DNA of 64,000 bases from Sphyrna mokarran (taxonomy: Eukaryota). The stretch spans positions 7,254,001-7,318,000 of the forward strand of contig JAGIQG010000019.1 in assembly GCA_024679065.1 (NCBI GenBank), given 5' to 3'. A model generated the notes under the pieces. It had not been told where the DNA came from. It saw nothing but the letters and a program-made list of their open reading frames with translations, and did not search any database. Below, one piece after another: positions 50,150 through 63,638 of the stretch. Positions within the stretch are counted from its first letter, which is position 1, and each line of letters begins with the position of its first letter. A program made the position numbers and the translations under genes.

Positions 50150-51150
50150 CAAGCTTTCCAGTGGTTGAAGTCATACCTAGCACAAATGAAGATGGTTGTG
50201 GTTGCTGGAGATCAATAATCCCAGTTTCAGAACATCATTGCAGGATGCAAAAGATACTGTATTAGTCCCAACCATCTTCAGCTGCTTCAATTATCTTCCT
50301 TTCATCATAAGGTCATAAGTGGGGATGCTGACTGACAATTGCACAATGTTCACCACTATTGGCAACTGCCAAGATACTGAATCATATTCAAATGAAGCAT
50401 GGTCTGGACAATGTTGAGGCTTGGGCTGACAAATGGCAAGTGACACCGGAACCACACAAGTACCAAGCTATGGTCAACAAGTGAGAATTTCATTATTGCC
50501 CCTTGACATTCAATGGCATGATCATCACTGAATTCCCCACTAGCACCAACCTGAGGTTACCACTGACCACAGACTGACCTAGATGAGTCATATAAATACT
50601 GTGGCTAGAAGAGTAGGTCAGAGGCTGGGAATTCTGCAGAGTAACTCACCTCCCACCTCCAGAAAGCAGAGTCACTGCCTACAAAGGTACAAGGCAGGCG
50701 TGTGATGGGATATCTGCCCCTTGCTTAGATGACAACACTGAAGCTTGACATCATCCAGGACAAAGCAACCCACTTGATTATCATCCACAAACATTCACTG
50801 CCTCCACTATCAAAACAGTAGCTGCAGAGTGTACCATTTGTACAAGATACAATACAACAACTCACCAATGCTTCTTCATCAGAACCTTCCAAACTCACTA
50901 CCAAGGAGGACAAGGGAAGCAGATAACTTAGAGCACCACCACCTGGAAGTTCCTCTCCAAGCCACTCACGATTCTGACTTGGAAATATAGTCATTCCTTC
51001 ACAATCAGTCAATATCCTAGACCTTCTTTCCAAACAGCACTGTGAATATACGTACACCAGAGGGAATGCAGTGGTTCAAGGCAGCAGCACACCATCTCAA
51101 AGGAAATCAAAGATTGGCAATGAACGCTGGCATAGCCAGCAACGCCACAT
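50150..51150 (+). mobile_element. LINE 3' fragment (RT C-terminus and tail), decayed
   Basis: gtggggatgctgactgacaattgcacaatgttc, gcttgggctgacaaatggcaagt, gcttgacatcatccaggacaaagca, ggttcaaggcagcagcacacca. Confidence 0.75.
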
Positions 51151-51161
51151 CTCAAGGAAGC

Positions 51162-51187
<26 letters not shown>
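51162..51187. repeat. (AT)13 microsatellite
   Basis: Uninterrupted atatat run. Confidence 0.95.
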
Positions 51188-51192
<5 letters not shown>

Positions 51193-52134
51193 GATGTCAC
51201 TCAGTGGTTACTTAATTAAATCCATTCTGTTCTGCAACTGTATGGTGCTTATTTGAAAGCTTGCCATACTGGCCAATAGGTGGCATTCACTTTAGGCAAT
51301 GTATCCCAGCAATAATTCTACAAAGCATTTCACCCAGGATGCTGGCAGAAAACATAACTTACTCCCCATTAAAGACAGGCAGATGACACAATGGCACAGT
51401 GGTTAGCACTGCTGCTTCACTGCGCCAGACAACTGGGTTTTATTCCCAGCTCTGGTGCAGTTTGCACATCCTCTTCATGTCAGTGTGGGATTCCTCCATA
51501 AGTACTGCAGTATTCAAGTGTTTCACTTTACTAAACAGAATCTCATGTTATAGTCCCATGATTTCACAATGTGTACTCCTACTGATATCAGTGAATCACA
51601 AGCCAGTCCTTACGTTATCACCGTATGACCTTGTTGTTTTGTACCACAATGCTTTTCCTTGATGAGTGAGATGGATAACACTACTCGAGGATCTCACCTT
51701 TCGGGCAGCACGGTGACACACTGCTACAGACCTGGGTTCGATTCCTAGCTTGGGTCACTATCTGTGCGAAGTCTGCATGTTATCTGTATTTCCTCCAACA
51801 TTCTGAAAGACGTGCAAAGATGTGCTGATTAGGTGCATCAGCTAAGCTACATTCTTCCCCCCGTGCACCCGAACAGGCACCAGAGTGTGGCAACTAGGGG
51901 AATTTTGCAGTAACTTCATTGCAGTGTTAAATGTCAGCCTTACTTGTGACTAATAAACTTTAAAAAGATGAAGTTTCAACATTTATAGACATTAAGTTGA
52001 CAAACCCAAATACACAGTGGTGAGCCCAGTGGTTTGCCACTAACTTCTTATGTCCATGTTATTAACACAATGAGTTCCTTCTCTATTCTTCAAAACAAAA
52101 GACATATTTCTACACCAAATTTAACAGTGAGGTA

Positions 52135-52877
52135 TGTGACAATACTTTGCCTTTACAAAATGTATTTTAATCATACTTTGCTTCCAGAATCTGTTTCTAG
52201 CAGATCCTGGAAGTTGTTAGCATCTTCTGTCTGTAACTGATGACTTCTAATTGTTATTGAAGCAATATAATGGATATCATGTTTATCTTTAATCTGGACT
52301 AATGCAGCATTCTGAGGTTTTATGGTTCTTTGGGGATTGCGGAGTGGAGCTTGATTTTGGGATGATTGACAGGTCACATGATGCCTGGAGATAGTTTTAG
52401 TTTCCTTAACAGAAAAATTTCAAGTTTCAGTTTTGATTTTGTTACTGTTGTCTCCGTCTCTTTGGAGGCTTTTTGGAAAGTTCTAGGATTGGGAAGCTTC
52501 AGAGATTTGCTCCAACATTCAAATGACCAATTCACAGCAGTATTAAAAAGCTGAAAACTTGGCATCACATAAGCATACCTGCTTTTAGTGCAAAGTTTAG
52601 AAAGGGGTGCATGTTTGTGGGATGTTGTTTGAATGAATCATAGATAGCTAGCTGTATCATGTTTGAATCTTGTAATTGGTAACAGTTATGCTAATTCTTT
52701 TAACTTATTTTAATTGTTCTTAAATAAACTTTGTTTGATAAAAGCTTCCTAGTGACCATTTGAATCAGACTTGAAATGAAATGTATTATGCTCACCCATA
52801 CTGAATTCAAATATAAAAACTTAGAGTCTATGCTCTTTTCATAAAACACCTTGGCGTTTCTGGCCTGGATCTTAACA
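52135..52877 (+). mobile_element. Probable solo LTR
   Basis: TGTGA...TAACA ends; flanks GGTA and GGGA (4-bp TSD with one mismatch); AATAAA at 52723, about 150 nt before the 3' end. Confidence 0.5.
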
Positions 52878-53882
52878 GGGACATAGTGACAATACATCTT
52901 ACATCCCTTCTTTCACTTTGTGTAATAAAATTATTTTTTTCAGCAATACATAAGTAATTTTTGTTGAAGCTTTTCATTTTTCAAACATTAGGACATTTGC
53001 AAGAACATGCTACAAAGGCAATCAACAAATGTATCCCGTGCGAGAAGAGAATGTTGGTTGGCATTTAGGTTCTGACTGGGAAGGCACCAGTTTATGGTGA
53101 TTGACAGTTAACTGCCAAGCATCATCTGACATTTCACTCCAGTCCAATCTGCTACTTGAGGAATAGCATGGCATCTCGCTTGAAGTTCCATTTGTTTCCA
53201 TGATCAAGGACCTGTTCTTGCACATTCTATCTACGTTGAAATATCAAGTCCAGAAAAACAAACTTGGCAGCTGACATATTCAGCTAGCAGAAAACATTTT
53301 TACAGCTCCAGACCAGTCTTCCTACAAACATGTATGGTGCTATTCTAGGAAATATTCTTATTCACCAAATTGATTAAAGAGAACAGGAGAGAATCAAAGT
53401 AGTGCACTGTAGAATGCAGCAAACAAAAAGAGAATCAGGGTACTGTACCTACCTAATCACTCCCCTGCTCTAACAATTGAGAAAGGAAATTCTTTTGAAC
53501 AAAGAATATTGTCCCTATTTCTTCCCCAACATGCAAAATTTCCTTTGCATAATTGCTTGCTTCAAAATTTACATTTTCTTCAAGGACCAATGATGAGCAA
53601 TTAATACTAGGTTCCACTGACAATTATATTAATATTTACAATTTTAACAGGTGAATTAAAAAGTATGGTTAATAACATGCTGTTAGAATGATTGATCACA
53701 GTTTTAATAAAAATTGTTTTTCTGCTTTTGGAAGTTTAAAGAACAAAAACAACAAAATTCAGATAAAATTGGGGCAACTTAATTGCTGTTTGGCCATTAA
53801 AATAAGAAACTTCAAATGAACTCATTCCTATTTATTTAATTTATAGACCGATTAAAACCACATTTCGCTTTTGCAACTTTAC

Positions 53883-54025
53883 CTTCTTTTTCATTGTAGA
53901 TAATATTTTTACATAACAAATCATTGTGACACAGCACTATTGGGGAGCCAAGACTGGAAAGGTGTTTCTTCATCCAGGCCAATTCCCGTTCAAGCTCCTG
54001 ATGAGCAGGAATCTCCGTTAAGAAT
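53883..54025 (-). CDS. ETNK2: Ethanolamine kinase exon 4 (Brenner phosphotransferase motif)
   Basis: cttgcag|ATTCTTA...GAAG|gtaaag; 143 nt; FLTEIPAHQELERELAWMKKHLSSLGSPIVLCHNDLLCKNIIYNEKE(G). Confidence 0.96.
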
Positions 54026-54389
54026 CTGCAAGAATTGACATCAAATTAGGAGATCAGCAGTTAACAGTATTTTTACATTGCAGACAACTATTTAGATTCC
54101 AGATTATAGCATCTTACAGTGCATTTAATTCACACTTGGTATAGAAATATAGACCATGGAAACAATGCAGTGTTTTCCTTTCACAAGTACAAAATAATTG
54201 CAGAAAATCTAAGGTAGTGTAATTCACTGCCCATTCCTGGTTTGCTGCACAATATTTGGGGGAGCCCTGCACATAGACACATAGGAAGAAGTATTTATTA
54301 CAATCTTCAGCCAGAAGCGCTAAGTGGATGATCTATGTCAGCCTCTTATACATATTCTCAACATCACTGATGTTAGTGTTCAGCCAATT

Positions 54390-55130
54390 TGATTCACTCC
54401 ATGTGGCATCCAGAACTTGCATACGCCTAGCCAAGTTGTACAGCTACAATACTGGCATCTACTAAGGCACACAAAAAGGACAAATCCAATCCAGGCAATT
54501 ACCACCCCATCATTAGTAAAGTGATGGAAAGAGTCATCATCAGTTCTATCAATCAAAAAGCATTTGTTTAGCAATAACCTGCTCACTGATGCTCAATTTA
54601 GGTTCCATCAGGGTCAACTCAACTCCTGATCTTATCATCATCTTGGTTAAAATGGACAAAAGAGAGTTCAATTCCAGAGATGTGAAAAGAGTAATTGCCC
54701 TTGACATCAAGGCCATATGTGACCAAACGTGGCATCAAGGACAGAACTGGAGTCAACGAGAATTAGAGAATACTCTGTTCTAGTCACACTTGACACAAAT
54801 GAAAATGGCTATGATTGTTTGAAGTCAATCATCTCAGCTCTAGGATATCATTGTAGAGACTTCTCAGGGTAGTGTCCCAAGACCAATATCTCAGTTGGTT
54901 TCTTCTATCATGAGGTCACAAGTGGGGATTGTCACTGATGATTGCAAAGTGTTCAGCACCATTTGTGACTCCTCATTTTGTTACAATGCAGCAAAACCTT
55001 GATAATATCCAGGCTTAGGCTGATAAATGGCAAGTAACATTTGTGTTGCACAAATATCAGGCAATGACCATCTCCAAGAGAATTTAACCATCAGCAGTTG
55101 ACTTTCAATAGTGTTCCCATCGCTGAATTG
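54390..55130 (+). mobile_element. LINE RT fragment, decayed
   Basis: ORF 54589 RVIALDIKAICDQTWHQG (degenerate LDIKAAFDRVWH); gtcactgatgattgc (FADD-like). Confidence 0.75.
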
Positions 55131-58100
55131 CTCAGTGAAGGAATTTTGAGTCCCACATTGTCAATTTCTCCTAAAATCTTGTAGTCTGTTATTAGCTATG
55201 TGAGATTTATTTGTCCCTTTTCCACAATTGCCCACAAATAGAAAAAGTTCTGCACATTATTCTGATGAAGCCTTTCACAATTTTAAGATGAGAGCCCCAA
55301 GCTGCTCAATCTTTCCTGTTAGTTGCATCTAATATAAAATCGGCATGAAGAGGCCAAATGACCCAAAAGTTAATGCCAGTATTCATACTCTGTCCTATTT
55401 CACCAGTATATACTGTTCTTTTCTCCCTTATATTTATCTAGCTTCCCCATTCAATGCATTTATGCTATTCACCTTTACCACTCCATGTGGTACCAAGTTT
55501 TGTAATTTCACCTTAATTCTAGTGAATAGCTTAATTGCTCTTTACATTCTCTTAGACGTTTTACTATTCTTTCTGTAGTCTGGAAACCAAATTGTACACA
55601 GCAAATCCAACTGTCATCTAAAAAGATTATATATAAAGCTACCAGAACATTCCTAGTTTATTGTATTGTTTTCATTTCGGGAGATTCTCTTGTTCTGCCT
55701 GCTATGGTAATTGTAGTGGAGAAGAACCATACAAGAGCCATTCTCAAGTGGGATTCTCCAGTTTTGGAGAGAGTGCAACCAAAGAATCCCATCTCCACAC
55801 TTTACACATTTTGTATATCTAAGCAATGCATCTGTACTCAAGTTCACTTTGATTCAGATATCTATAGGACAAGAGGTGATCAACAGGGTTTTAGTTTGTT
55901 ATGCAAAAAAATTCCTTTAGTCAGGATCAATGGATTTCAGTTCCTAAAATCTTTCATATTCTACAGTTTTAAAATACTAATTACCCTGAAGTGTAATTTT
56001 AAATGCATATACTTACTGGTCTTAATTAGAAATATGTTCACTAAAGAGTCAAATTTGCTATACATCTCTGGTGTAGACACAATGAACCAAATGGCTTTCT
56101 TCTATGCCATAACTCTGTCATCTCAGCTTTCAAATTGCTTCCACAAACTTAAAATGCGCTCCTCTATTACTTTAGTTCGACCCTAAACACCATATGGCTT
56201 CTCAGAATACTCGGCTCTTTACCACAGATGATGTTCATATGTTACCACCATTCTTAAATGCAGTTCAAGTTCTGCATAAAAATCAACCACCACCTAAGTA
56301 AATTGAAGCAATAAATAGAAGATTTTTTCCTCAGATACAGGACATTAAACAGTCAACTTTTATTACTCCAGTAAGATTATTTCTCAAGATAAGCTTTGTA
56401 ATGTTGAATGTGAGTGATCGCCAATTTCCAAAACAAGCATTCTGCAAAGGAATCATTTAACTTATACATTGCAGCAATATTACTCATCTGGATTAATTTT
56501 AGCTGCTTGGTATACTGCCCAATTTGCTTGTCAGCAGCAATTAGTTTGGTGAGTGAATCTGATATTTATGTCAAAGATTAACACAGTTGCATGTACCTAC
56601 AATGCAACTCTACTGATGTAAAGGAAGTTTTTATTAGCTGGAAAACCAACTTGAAAATCTAATTTTAATCCAGACAATGCTTTTAAGAAATTACTTAAAG
56701 CTCCACAACAAAGGAGTGGGGGAATTGCTGGAGGCAAGAAGGAGGAAATCATGACAGTACACATCTCAGAACTTATAAGATACAATACTAGATAAAATGA
56801 GAAAGAGAAATGATTGAATGTGCAAAGATAAATTGCTTTATAGATCCATTTATAGATACCCCAAGGAGCTGCTGAATATTTCCAGCCTTCTAGTATTTGC
56901 AGTTTTTCATTTTCATTGAGATATTTGAAGCGCTAATAGTATCACTTCCAGCATAATCTTCAGTTGAAAACAAATCTCAGGAAAGAAAAAGTTGTTTTGC
57001 AAAACCAGCCAGTGTTAAAAGTTATGAAGAAATTGCTAAAAATTATGAATACCATATTGAATTATTTATTAAAGATTATTTGCTTTAACAATGTGATAGA
57101 CTTTTAAACAGACACCATTACAATGTACTTTACTTGATTTTTTTCCTTTAGATTCTCAGATTTCCTGACAAATTGAGAGATCTGAAATTCAATAAAGCTT
57201 ATGCAAGACTGCAGAGACAGCACAGTAGCCCATCTATATTTAGCCATCCAGATAGATCTTGCAGTCTCAACATTTCTACAACTTAAGCATCTATAGTATC
57301 TTTATCTCCACTGCTATCTGGAGTTCTATTCCAGGATGGAACATAAAATTTCAGTGGAGTGTTAAACAACTGCTTGTGGGTGGACCACCGTTATAAAGTT
57401 ACTGTGTAGAAATATCAGCCAGAGTATTTAACAGGCCTCAACTAGCCATTTCATTTTACAGCCCTCATCCCCCCACCTGCTAAACCCTCAAATAATAAAA
57501 AGGGACCCTTACCCTACGTTCATAATTATAGGTAATATTTGGCTTCTACTCATTTCCAATCCTTCAAACAATATTTTATTTAGCTCCAGCAGACTGGCCT
57601 TGAGGCTGAATATCCCAAGTTTTGTTATGTCCTGTTTATGTTACCTCGAGTACTTGTACATCTCCCTTGTGTCTTAATCACTAAACATGGATGAATCATT
57701 CAAGGTACAATCTCATCAGAGCATCATATAGCCTGATCACAAGCTTCTCATTCAAACTTTGTTTGGCCTTTGTATTTTATTCTGTTCTGGAAATCTTTAG
57801 TGTCAAAGTTCCTAAATTCAGGCCCATCTTTCAATCCTCACATCAGATTTCTGCTCCAGCATTAAAGTATTTATCAAAGCCACAAATGACATCATATTAA
57901 CAGTGACAAAGACAAACTATTCCTTTTGTTCTTCTCAACCAATCTACAACCTTTGATAAGGTTGATCACCATCTCCTCCAGCGTCTTTGCATCGTTGGTA
58001 GCTGGACAGTCTGGCACTTGCTAGGTTCCATTCTTATCAAATGGTAGCTGGAGAATTACCAATGATTCTTTTTTTTATTTCTGCAGTTACTACAGTGCTT

Positions 58101-58660
58101 TCCTTGGCTTCACCCATTTCTCATCTGCATGTCACCTCTCAGTAACATCAAAAAGGTCAGTTTCCACATATGCTGACAACATCTAACTAGGAGACCACTT
58201 CTCTATCATCTGGTACTAATGAGCAAAAATTTCTTCCAACTGAAAATGGAAATTTGAAGCCATTGTCTTTGGTCCCACCACAATCTCCAGTGTTCCTAAA
58301 ATACGACTTTATCTCCCTCCTTGTCTGAGGTTGAATCAAACCGTTTGCAACCTGGTATTGTAACTGATCTTGGGATGAACTTTTAAGTGCAATGAAAGCA
58401 AGATGATCTAGATCTCCTTTCATAAAAGATTCTGCCCTGCTTCACCTATTTAATGCTGAAACCTTCTTGACTTGATTACTTTCTACAGGCAAGGTTCTCA
58501 TTTTCCCTTTGTAAACTTGAGGTCATTGAAAGTTCTGATGCCAGACCTGACTTGCACTAAATCCCACTTTCAGGCTGTTTTATGGCTCTGTGAAGACATT
58601 GAAATACTTTTTAATATAATAAACTATTATATAAATTTAAGTTGTTGCTCAAGACCAAGC

Positions 58661-59868
58661 TCATAGGTTAACATAGAACAATACAGCACAAACAGACCCT
58701 TCGGCCCACGAGTTGCGCCGATCACATCTACCAATCCACAGATCTATCTATAACCCCCTATCCTATTCTTTTCCATATACTCATCCAGAAGTCTCTTAAA
58801 AGACCCCAGTGAGTTTGCCTCAACAACTTCCGACGGCAGTCAGTTCCATTCACTCACCACCCTCAGTGAAAAACCTACCCCTGACATCTCCTTTGTATGT
58901 GCTTCCCTGCACCTTAAATCTGTGTCCTCTCGTATTGACCATTTCTGCTTGGGGAAATAGTCTGAGAGTCCACCCTATCTATTCCTCTCAACATTTTATA
59001 AACCTCTATCAGGTCGCCTCTCAACCTACGTCTCCCCAGTGAGAAGAGTCCCAGCTTCCTCAACCTATCTTCATAAGACCTGCCTCCCAATCCAGGCAGC
59101 ATCCTTGTAAATCTCCTCTGAACCCTCTCAATAGCCTCTACATCCTTCCTATAATGAGGCGACCAGAACTGCGCACAATACTCCAACTGGGGTCTGACAA
59201 GAGTCTTATAGAACTGCATCATTACCTCCTGACTCCTAAACTCTATTCCTCGATTAATGAAGGCCAGTACACCGTACGCCTTCTTGACCACTTTCTCCAC
59301 CTGCGAGGCCGATTTAAGAGTCCTATGGACCCGGACCCCGAGATCCTTCTGCTCTACAACACAGCTAAGACTCCTACCCTTATATTGTACTCCTTCATCC
59401 CATTATTCCTGCCAAAATGGACCACTACACATTTATCTGCGTTGAAGTCCATCTGCCACTTCTGCGCCCAGTCTTGCATCCTGTCTATGTCCCGCTGCAA
59501 CTTTTGGCATCCCTGCAGACCATCCACAACACCACCGATCTTTGTATCGTCGGCGAACTTGCTACCCATCCCTCCACTTCCTCATCCAGGTCATTTATGA
59601 AAATGACAAACAGCAGGGGTCCCGGAACAGATCCCTGGGGCACTCCACTGGTTACCGACCTCCATGCAGAACAAGACCCATCCACAACCACACTCTGCCT
59701 TCTGCCTGCAAGCCAGTTCTGGATCCACGAGGCCAAAGCCCCTTGGATCCCATGCCTTCTCCAGAAGCCTTGCATGTGGGACCTTATCAAACGCCTTACT
59801 AAAGTCCAGGTACACTACGTCCACCGCCCTTCCTTCGTCAATGTGTTCAGTCACATTTTCGAAGAACT
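58661..59868 (-). mobile_element. Young 5'-truncated CR1 LINE (RT and C-terminal ORF2, frameshifted)
   Basis: Overlapping ORFs carry [73 protein letters not shown]; CR1-type 3' tail gtgctgtattgttctatg. Confidence 0.95.
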
Positions 59869-60284
59869 TCTTGTTACTTCTAGTTTCTTCCCTCAAGTTA
59901 TTTCACGACCAATTATTTGGGACTAATTTTCTGCTTCAGGGACAGCTTGATGATGGGTGTTCATGCTTCCACTAAAATTAATTTATATAGTTACAGAGGC
60001 CTTCATTCCCCAGCATTAGAGGAAAGAGCTACTGACATAGCTATGTGAAAGAGAAGGTACCTTCTGATGATTTAAAAACTTTATAAAAAGTAGGGGGTCA
60101 TACCTACAAAGTCATCAGTAAGGAGGGGAAAGGAGCAGCCTATTGACAGGGGTGATTGTTAGATAAAGCACTGCAGCAACCCATTTTCCCAGCCTGCTGC
60201 CCCACTGCCACTTCTGTTCCTCAGCTCGGACGTGGTCTCAAATGGAGGTAAATGGAAAATTTCAGCCAAGAGCAAATTAAGGGC

Positions 60285-60605
60285 ACAGGCAAAACAATCA
60301 GCATAACTAGGGATCCTATGCATCCTGGACGTGGGGCTCTGTCACCTTCTTCCTTTGGGAAAAAGATACAAAAGTCTGAGGTCATGTACCAACTGACTCA
60401 AGAACAATTTCTTTGCTGCTTTCAGACATTTGAATGGACTTACCTTGCATTAAGTTGATCTTTCTCTACACTCTAGCTATAACTGTAATACTACATTTTG
60501 CACTCCTTTCCTTTTCTATGAACAGAATGTTTTGTCTATATAGTGAAAAGTATTGTTTCTTGTGCGTTATGTTAATACATGTGACAATAATAAAATCAAA
60601 TCAAA
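60285..60605 (+). mobile_element. Rex1/Babar-type LINE 3' end
   Basis: DPMHPG followed by frameshifted LLPxGKRYKSLR-like sequence; tail gtgacaataataaaatcaaatcaaa. Confidence 0.6.
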
Positions 60606-61129
60606 GATTAATTGGCTACTTGCCAGTAGCAGATTGTGGCCCTGCCTGCTTTGCAGCAGTTTACAAATTTGGTGCGGAATCTTCCACAACCAATGCAACC
60701 AGAAATAAGAGTTTTTATTTCCCCTAGAATTAAAAAATGTTCATTGATTGAATTCAAAGATATTTATTGATGTAGATAATAATTTGCTGAAGCATTATAT
60801 AAACAGTTGAAAATAGATGTAATCACAATGTTTCACATCCTCTGCCTGAGTAACCTGATTTGAAGTCACTAAAAATCACTCACCTTTGAACTTTTACTAG
60901 TTTCATTGTTATGCGCAGTTTAATAAATATTTTAATATGTAAATACCTAAAAACATTTTTAATAGATTATAGCAGATTTTTATCATATTAAAATACTTTC
61001 CAACAACACAAAATGAAACGGCTTCATAATTCTCTGAGGCTCAAATGTTGATCAAAGATTATAGTTTCATCCTCCATACAAATTCTGCTAAGAGATGCAG
61101 ATAAGAATGAACTAACTTGGGTTAACTAG

Positions 61130-61605
61130 GTAGATGATAGCATAGCTGTAATGTCACTGAGCTAGTAATTCAGAGACCCAAACTAAGATGCTAGGGATAT
61201 CAATTCAAATCTCACCACAGCAGCTGGTGGGTTTTAAGTTCAATTAATAAAATCTGAAATTGAAAAGGTCGTCTCAAAAATGAGACCATGAAACCATCAA
61301 GAATTGTCAAAAAAATCTGGTTCACTCATGTCCTTTCAAGAAGGAAATCTGCTGTCATTACCTTGTCTGACCTACATGTGAATCCAGATCCACAGTAATG
61401 TGAAATAAAAACAAAGTGCTGGAAAAGTTCAGCAGGTCTGACAACATCTGTGGAGAGAGAAACAAGTCCACATGAGTCTTCTTCAGAGCAGTAATGTGGT
61501 TTACTCTTAGCTGCCCTCAAACGTCCTAGCAAGTCATTCATTTCAGGGACAATTTTGAAGCAACAAATGCTGGCCTGGCCACAGACACCAACATCCCATC
61601 AAAAA
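61130..61605 (+). mobile_element. tRNA-derived SINE with nested Penelope fragment (61403-61488, 10-bp TSD)
   Basis: Same SINE as 4196-4825; TSD CAGTAATGTG at 61393-61402 and 61489-61498. Confidence 0.8.
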
Positions 61606-62327
61606 AGTAAAGAATCAAGTGGAACCAATATTTCTTCATGAGAACAGAGAATTGCTGAATGCAAGAATGCAGATTAAATTGTTTGGTCTGGTAACCAGGC
61701 GTAATCTGATCACAAATGCATGATTCCATTAAAAAGTTTAATATAGGACTCAACATTCCAAATATTGTTGTACAGCGACGAAGTATCAGAACGAGGATTT
61801 TTATATTTTTTGTATTTTGTCTGTCACACACAGACAAAACTTTAATTCTAGTTTTAACCTATAATATGAACTCATTTGGTGCTTTTCACCTATTGTAGCA
61901 AACCATGCGCAACAACTTGTATTTATATAGTACCTTTAACATAGTAAAATGTCCCAAAGCACTTCACAGGCGTATTATCAGCCAAATTGACATTAAGGCA
62001 TGTAACAAGAGTTTAGAACAGAGTAAGCAGGAGATATACTAAAATTTATGGAGAAAATTCTAAAGGTTTGGGCCCAAGTAGCTGCAATAACATGATGGAA
62101 TTCAGGGACACATAAGGCATTAGATTTGGGGAAGCACAATTATCAGAAAGCCATTTCCAAGAAGATTAGAGATAGCACTGATGCACACTGTTTCTCAATT
62201 GCCACATAAAAAGTCACATTCTGCTCATTGAAGACATCCATGGAAGCAGTCTTCAGATTACCAAACTTAGGTTATTTACATAGTGTAATACTGATTACAA
62301 AACAGAACGTGAGTGAATAAATTGTAC

Positions 62328-62468
62328 CTTGCATGCAAGACTTCATCTTCAAACTCCGTGGGAAGAAGAGTGAAATATTTTTCCAGCTTTAACCATAGAT
62401 TTGGCTTGGGAATCCAACCATTATGAGCATGAATTGAATGAATCTTTGCCAACTGTCTACTTATAAGC
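62328..62468 (-). CDS. ETNK2: Ethanolamine kinase exon 3
   Basis: tctctcag|GCTTATA...GCAAG|gtacaa; 141 nt; LISRQLAKIHSIHAHNGWIPKPNLWLKLEKYFTLLPTEFEDEVLHAR; phase 2-2. Confidence 0.95.
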
Positions 62469-63638
62469 CTGAGAGACAGAACACAATGACATGTTAAATG
62501 GAATCAAATTAAACCAATAAATAACATTGCACAATTTTGCAGCCTAAAAATGCATTCACTCACTATTGTCAACATTAAAATGATTTCTAAAGATAAATGG
62601 CTAAGTCAGTGCCATTTTCAACAAAATAAAAAGCTCTTCAATCTCTTCCAGTTTAACTTGGCGAAGACATAAAAAGAAATTTGAGATCAGAATGAACTGT
62701 TTCATTTGAAGAGTTAAATTTCCATGTCATTATAGAACCAGAATAATGCAATGTATCTAGATACCTTTGCAATAGATGTCTTATCAAACTAACTTCTGTG
62801 AAATGTGACTGTGTGGCTTTTAAAAGAGGTCAACACAAAATTCCAGAATAAAATTGCAAGATAGTCAGTAGATTGTATTCACTTTTTAATTGTTTACAGA
62901 AATATTTAGAAGAGCAGTGTAATCCATACTGACTATATTTAAGAGTTTAAAAACTCAGTTTTTACACTTAAGAGGGCCTTAGAGTCAGCAGAAACATTCC
63001 TGAGATATATGTTTCTTCTACTCAAATTACAGGGATACAGTAATAGCTCTTCACAGCTAAAACTTCAATGCACCTCTCAACACTTTAGTTACTTTTTTTT
63101 CCTACATATCTAAATAAATCCATAAGTGAAGATCTGACCTTTTAAAAAAGAAAAATATCCTGTAAGATTATTTTCTTCAGTTAAAAAGGGAAGGGGGGGC
63201 CTGCCACTGAACATTCCTTGCAATTTTAAAAAACAGCTGCATTTGTCTACATAATTATTAGTTTAACTGTAAATGGGAAAAATTGACTAAATTTGCACAG
63301 TTTAAATAATGACTCACTTCCAGTTCAAGGCATAACTGATATTTAGCACTTCAAAGAATTAAATGGGATCTTACAGTATTCAAGCATCTCATAACAATGA
63401 CAAAAATCAGAAAACGCATCTTGCCCACTAGGTAAGAACACACCACAATATGCACACAAATAAGCATCTTGCTTAGTTTAACTACAGCTTCAACCAATAA
63501 AAAACTGAACTCTGAAATGTTCCAAGTTAAGTAAACCAACTGCCTATCAAATTAAACCATAAATACAGCGAAAAAATAAAATTGTACATTTATTTTCTTT
63601 ATTTTGCTTAAGGAAGAGAAAAAAAGAAATGCAAGTAC

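Noticed and set aside
55262-55290. CTGATGA hammerhead-like heptamer
   Set aside because: No stem II or GAAA downstream; chance match at a LINE boundary.
55704-56186. 160-aa plus-strand ORF in intron 3
   Set aside because: Low-information sequence antisense to the gene with no recognisable domain; overlaps decayed repeat remnants.
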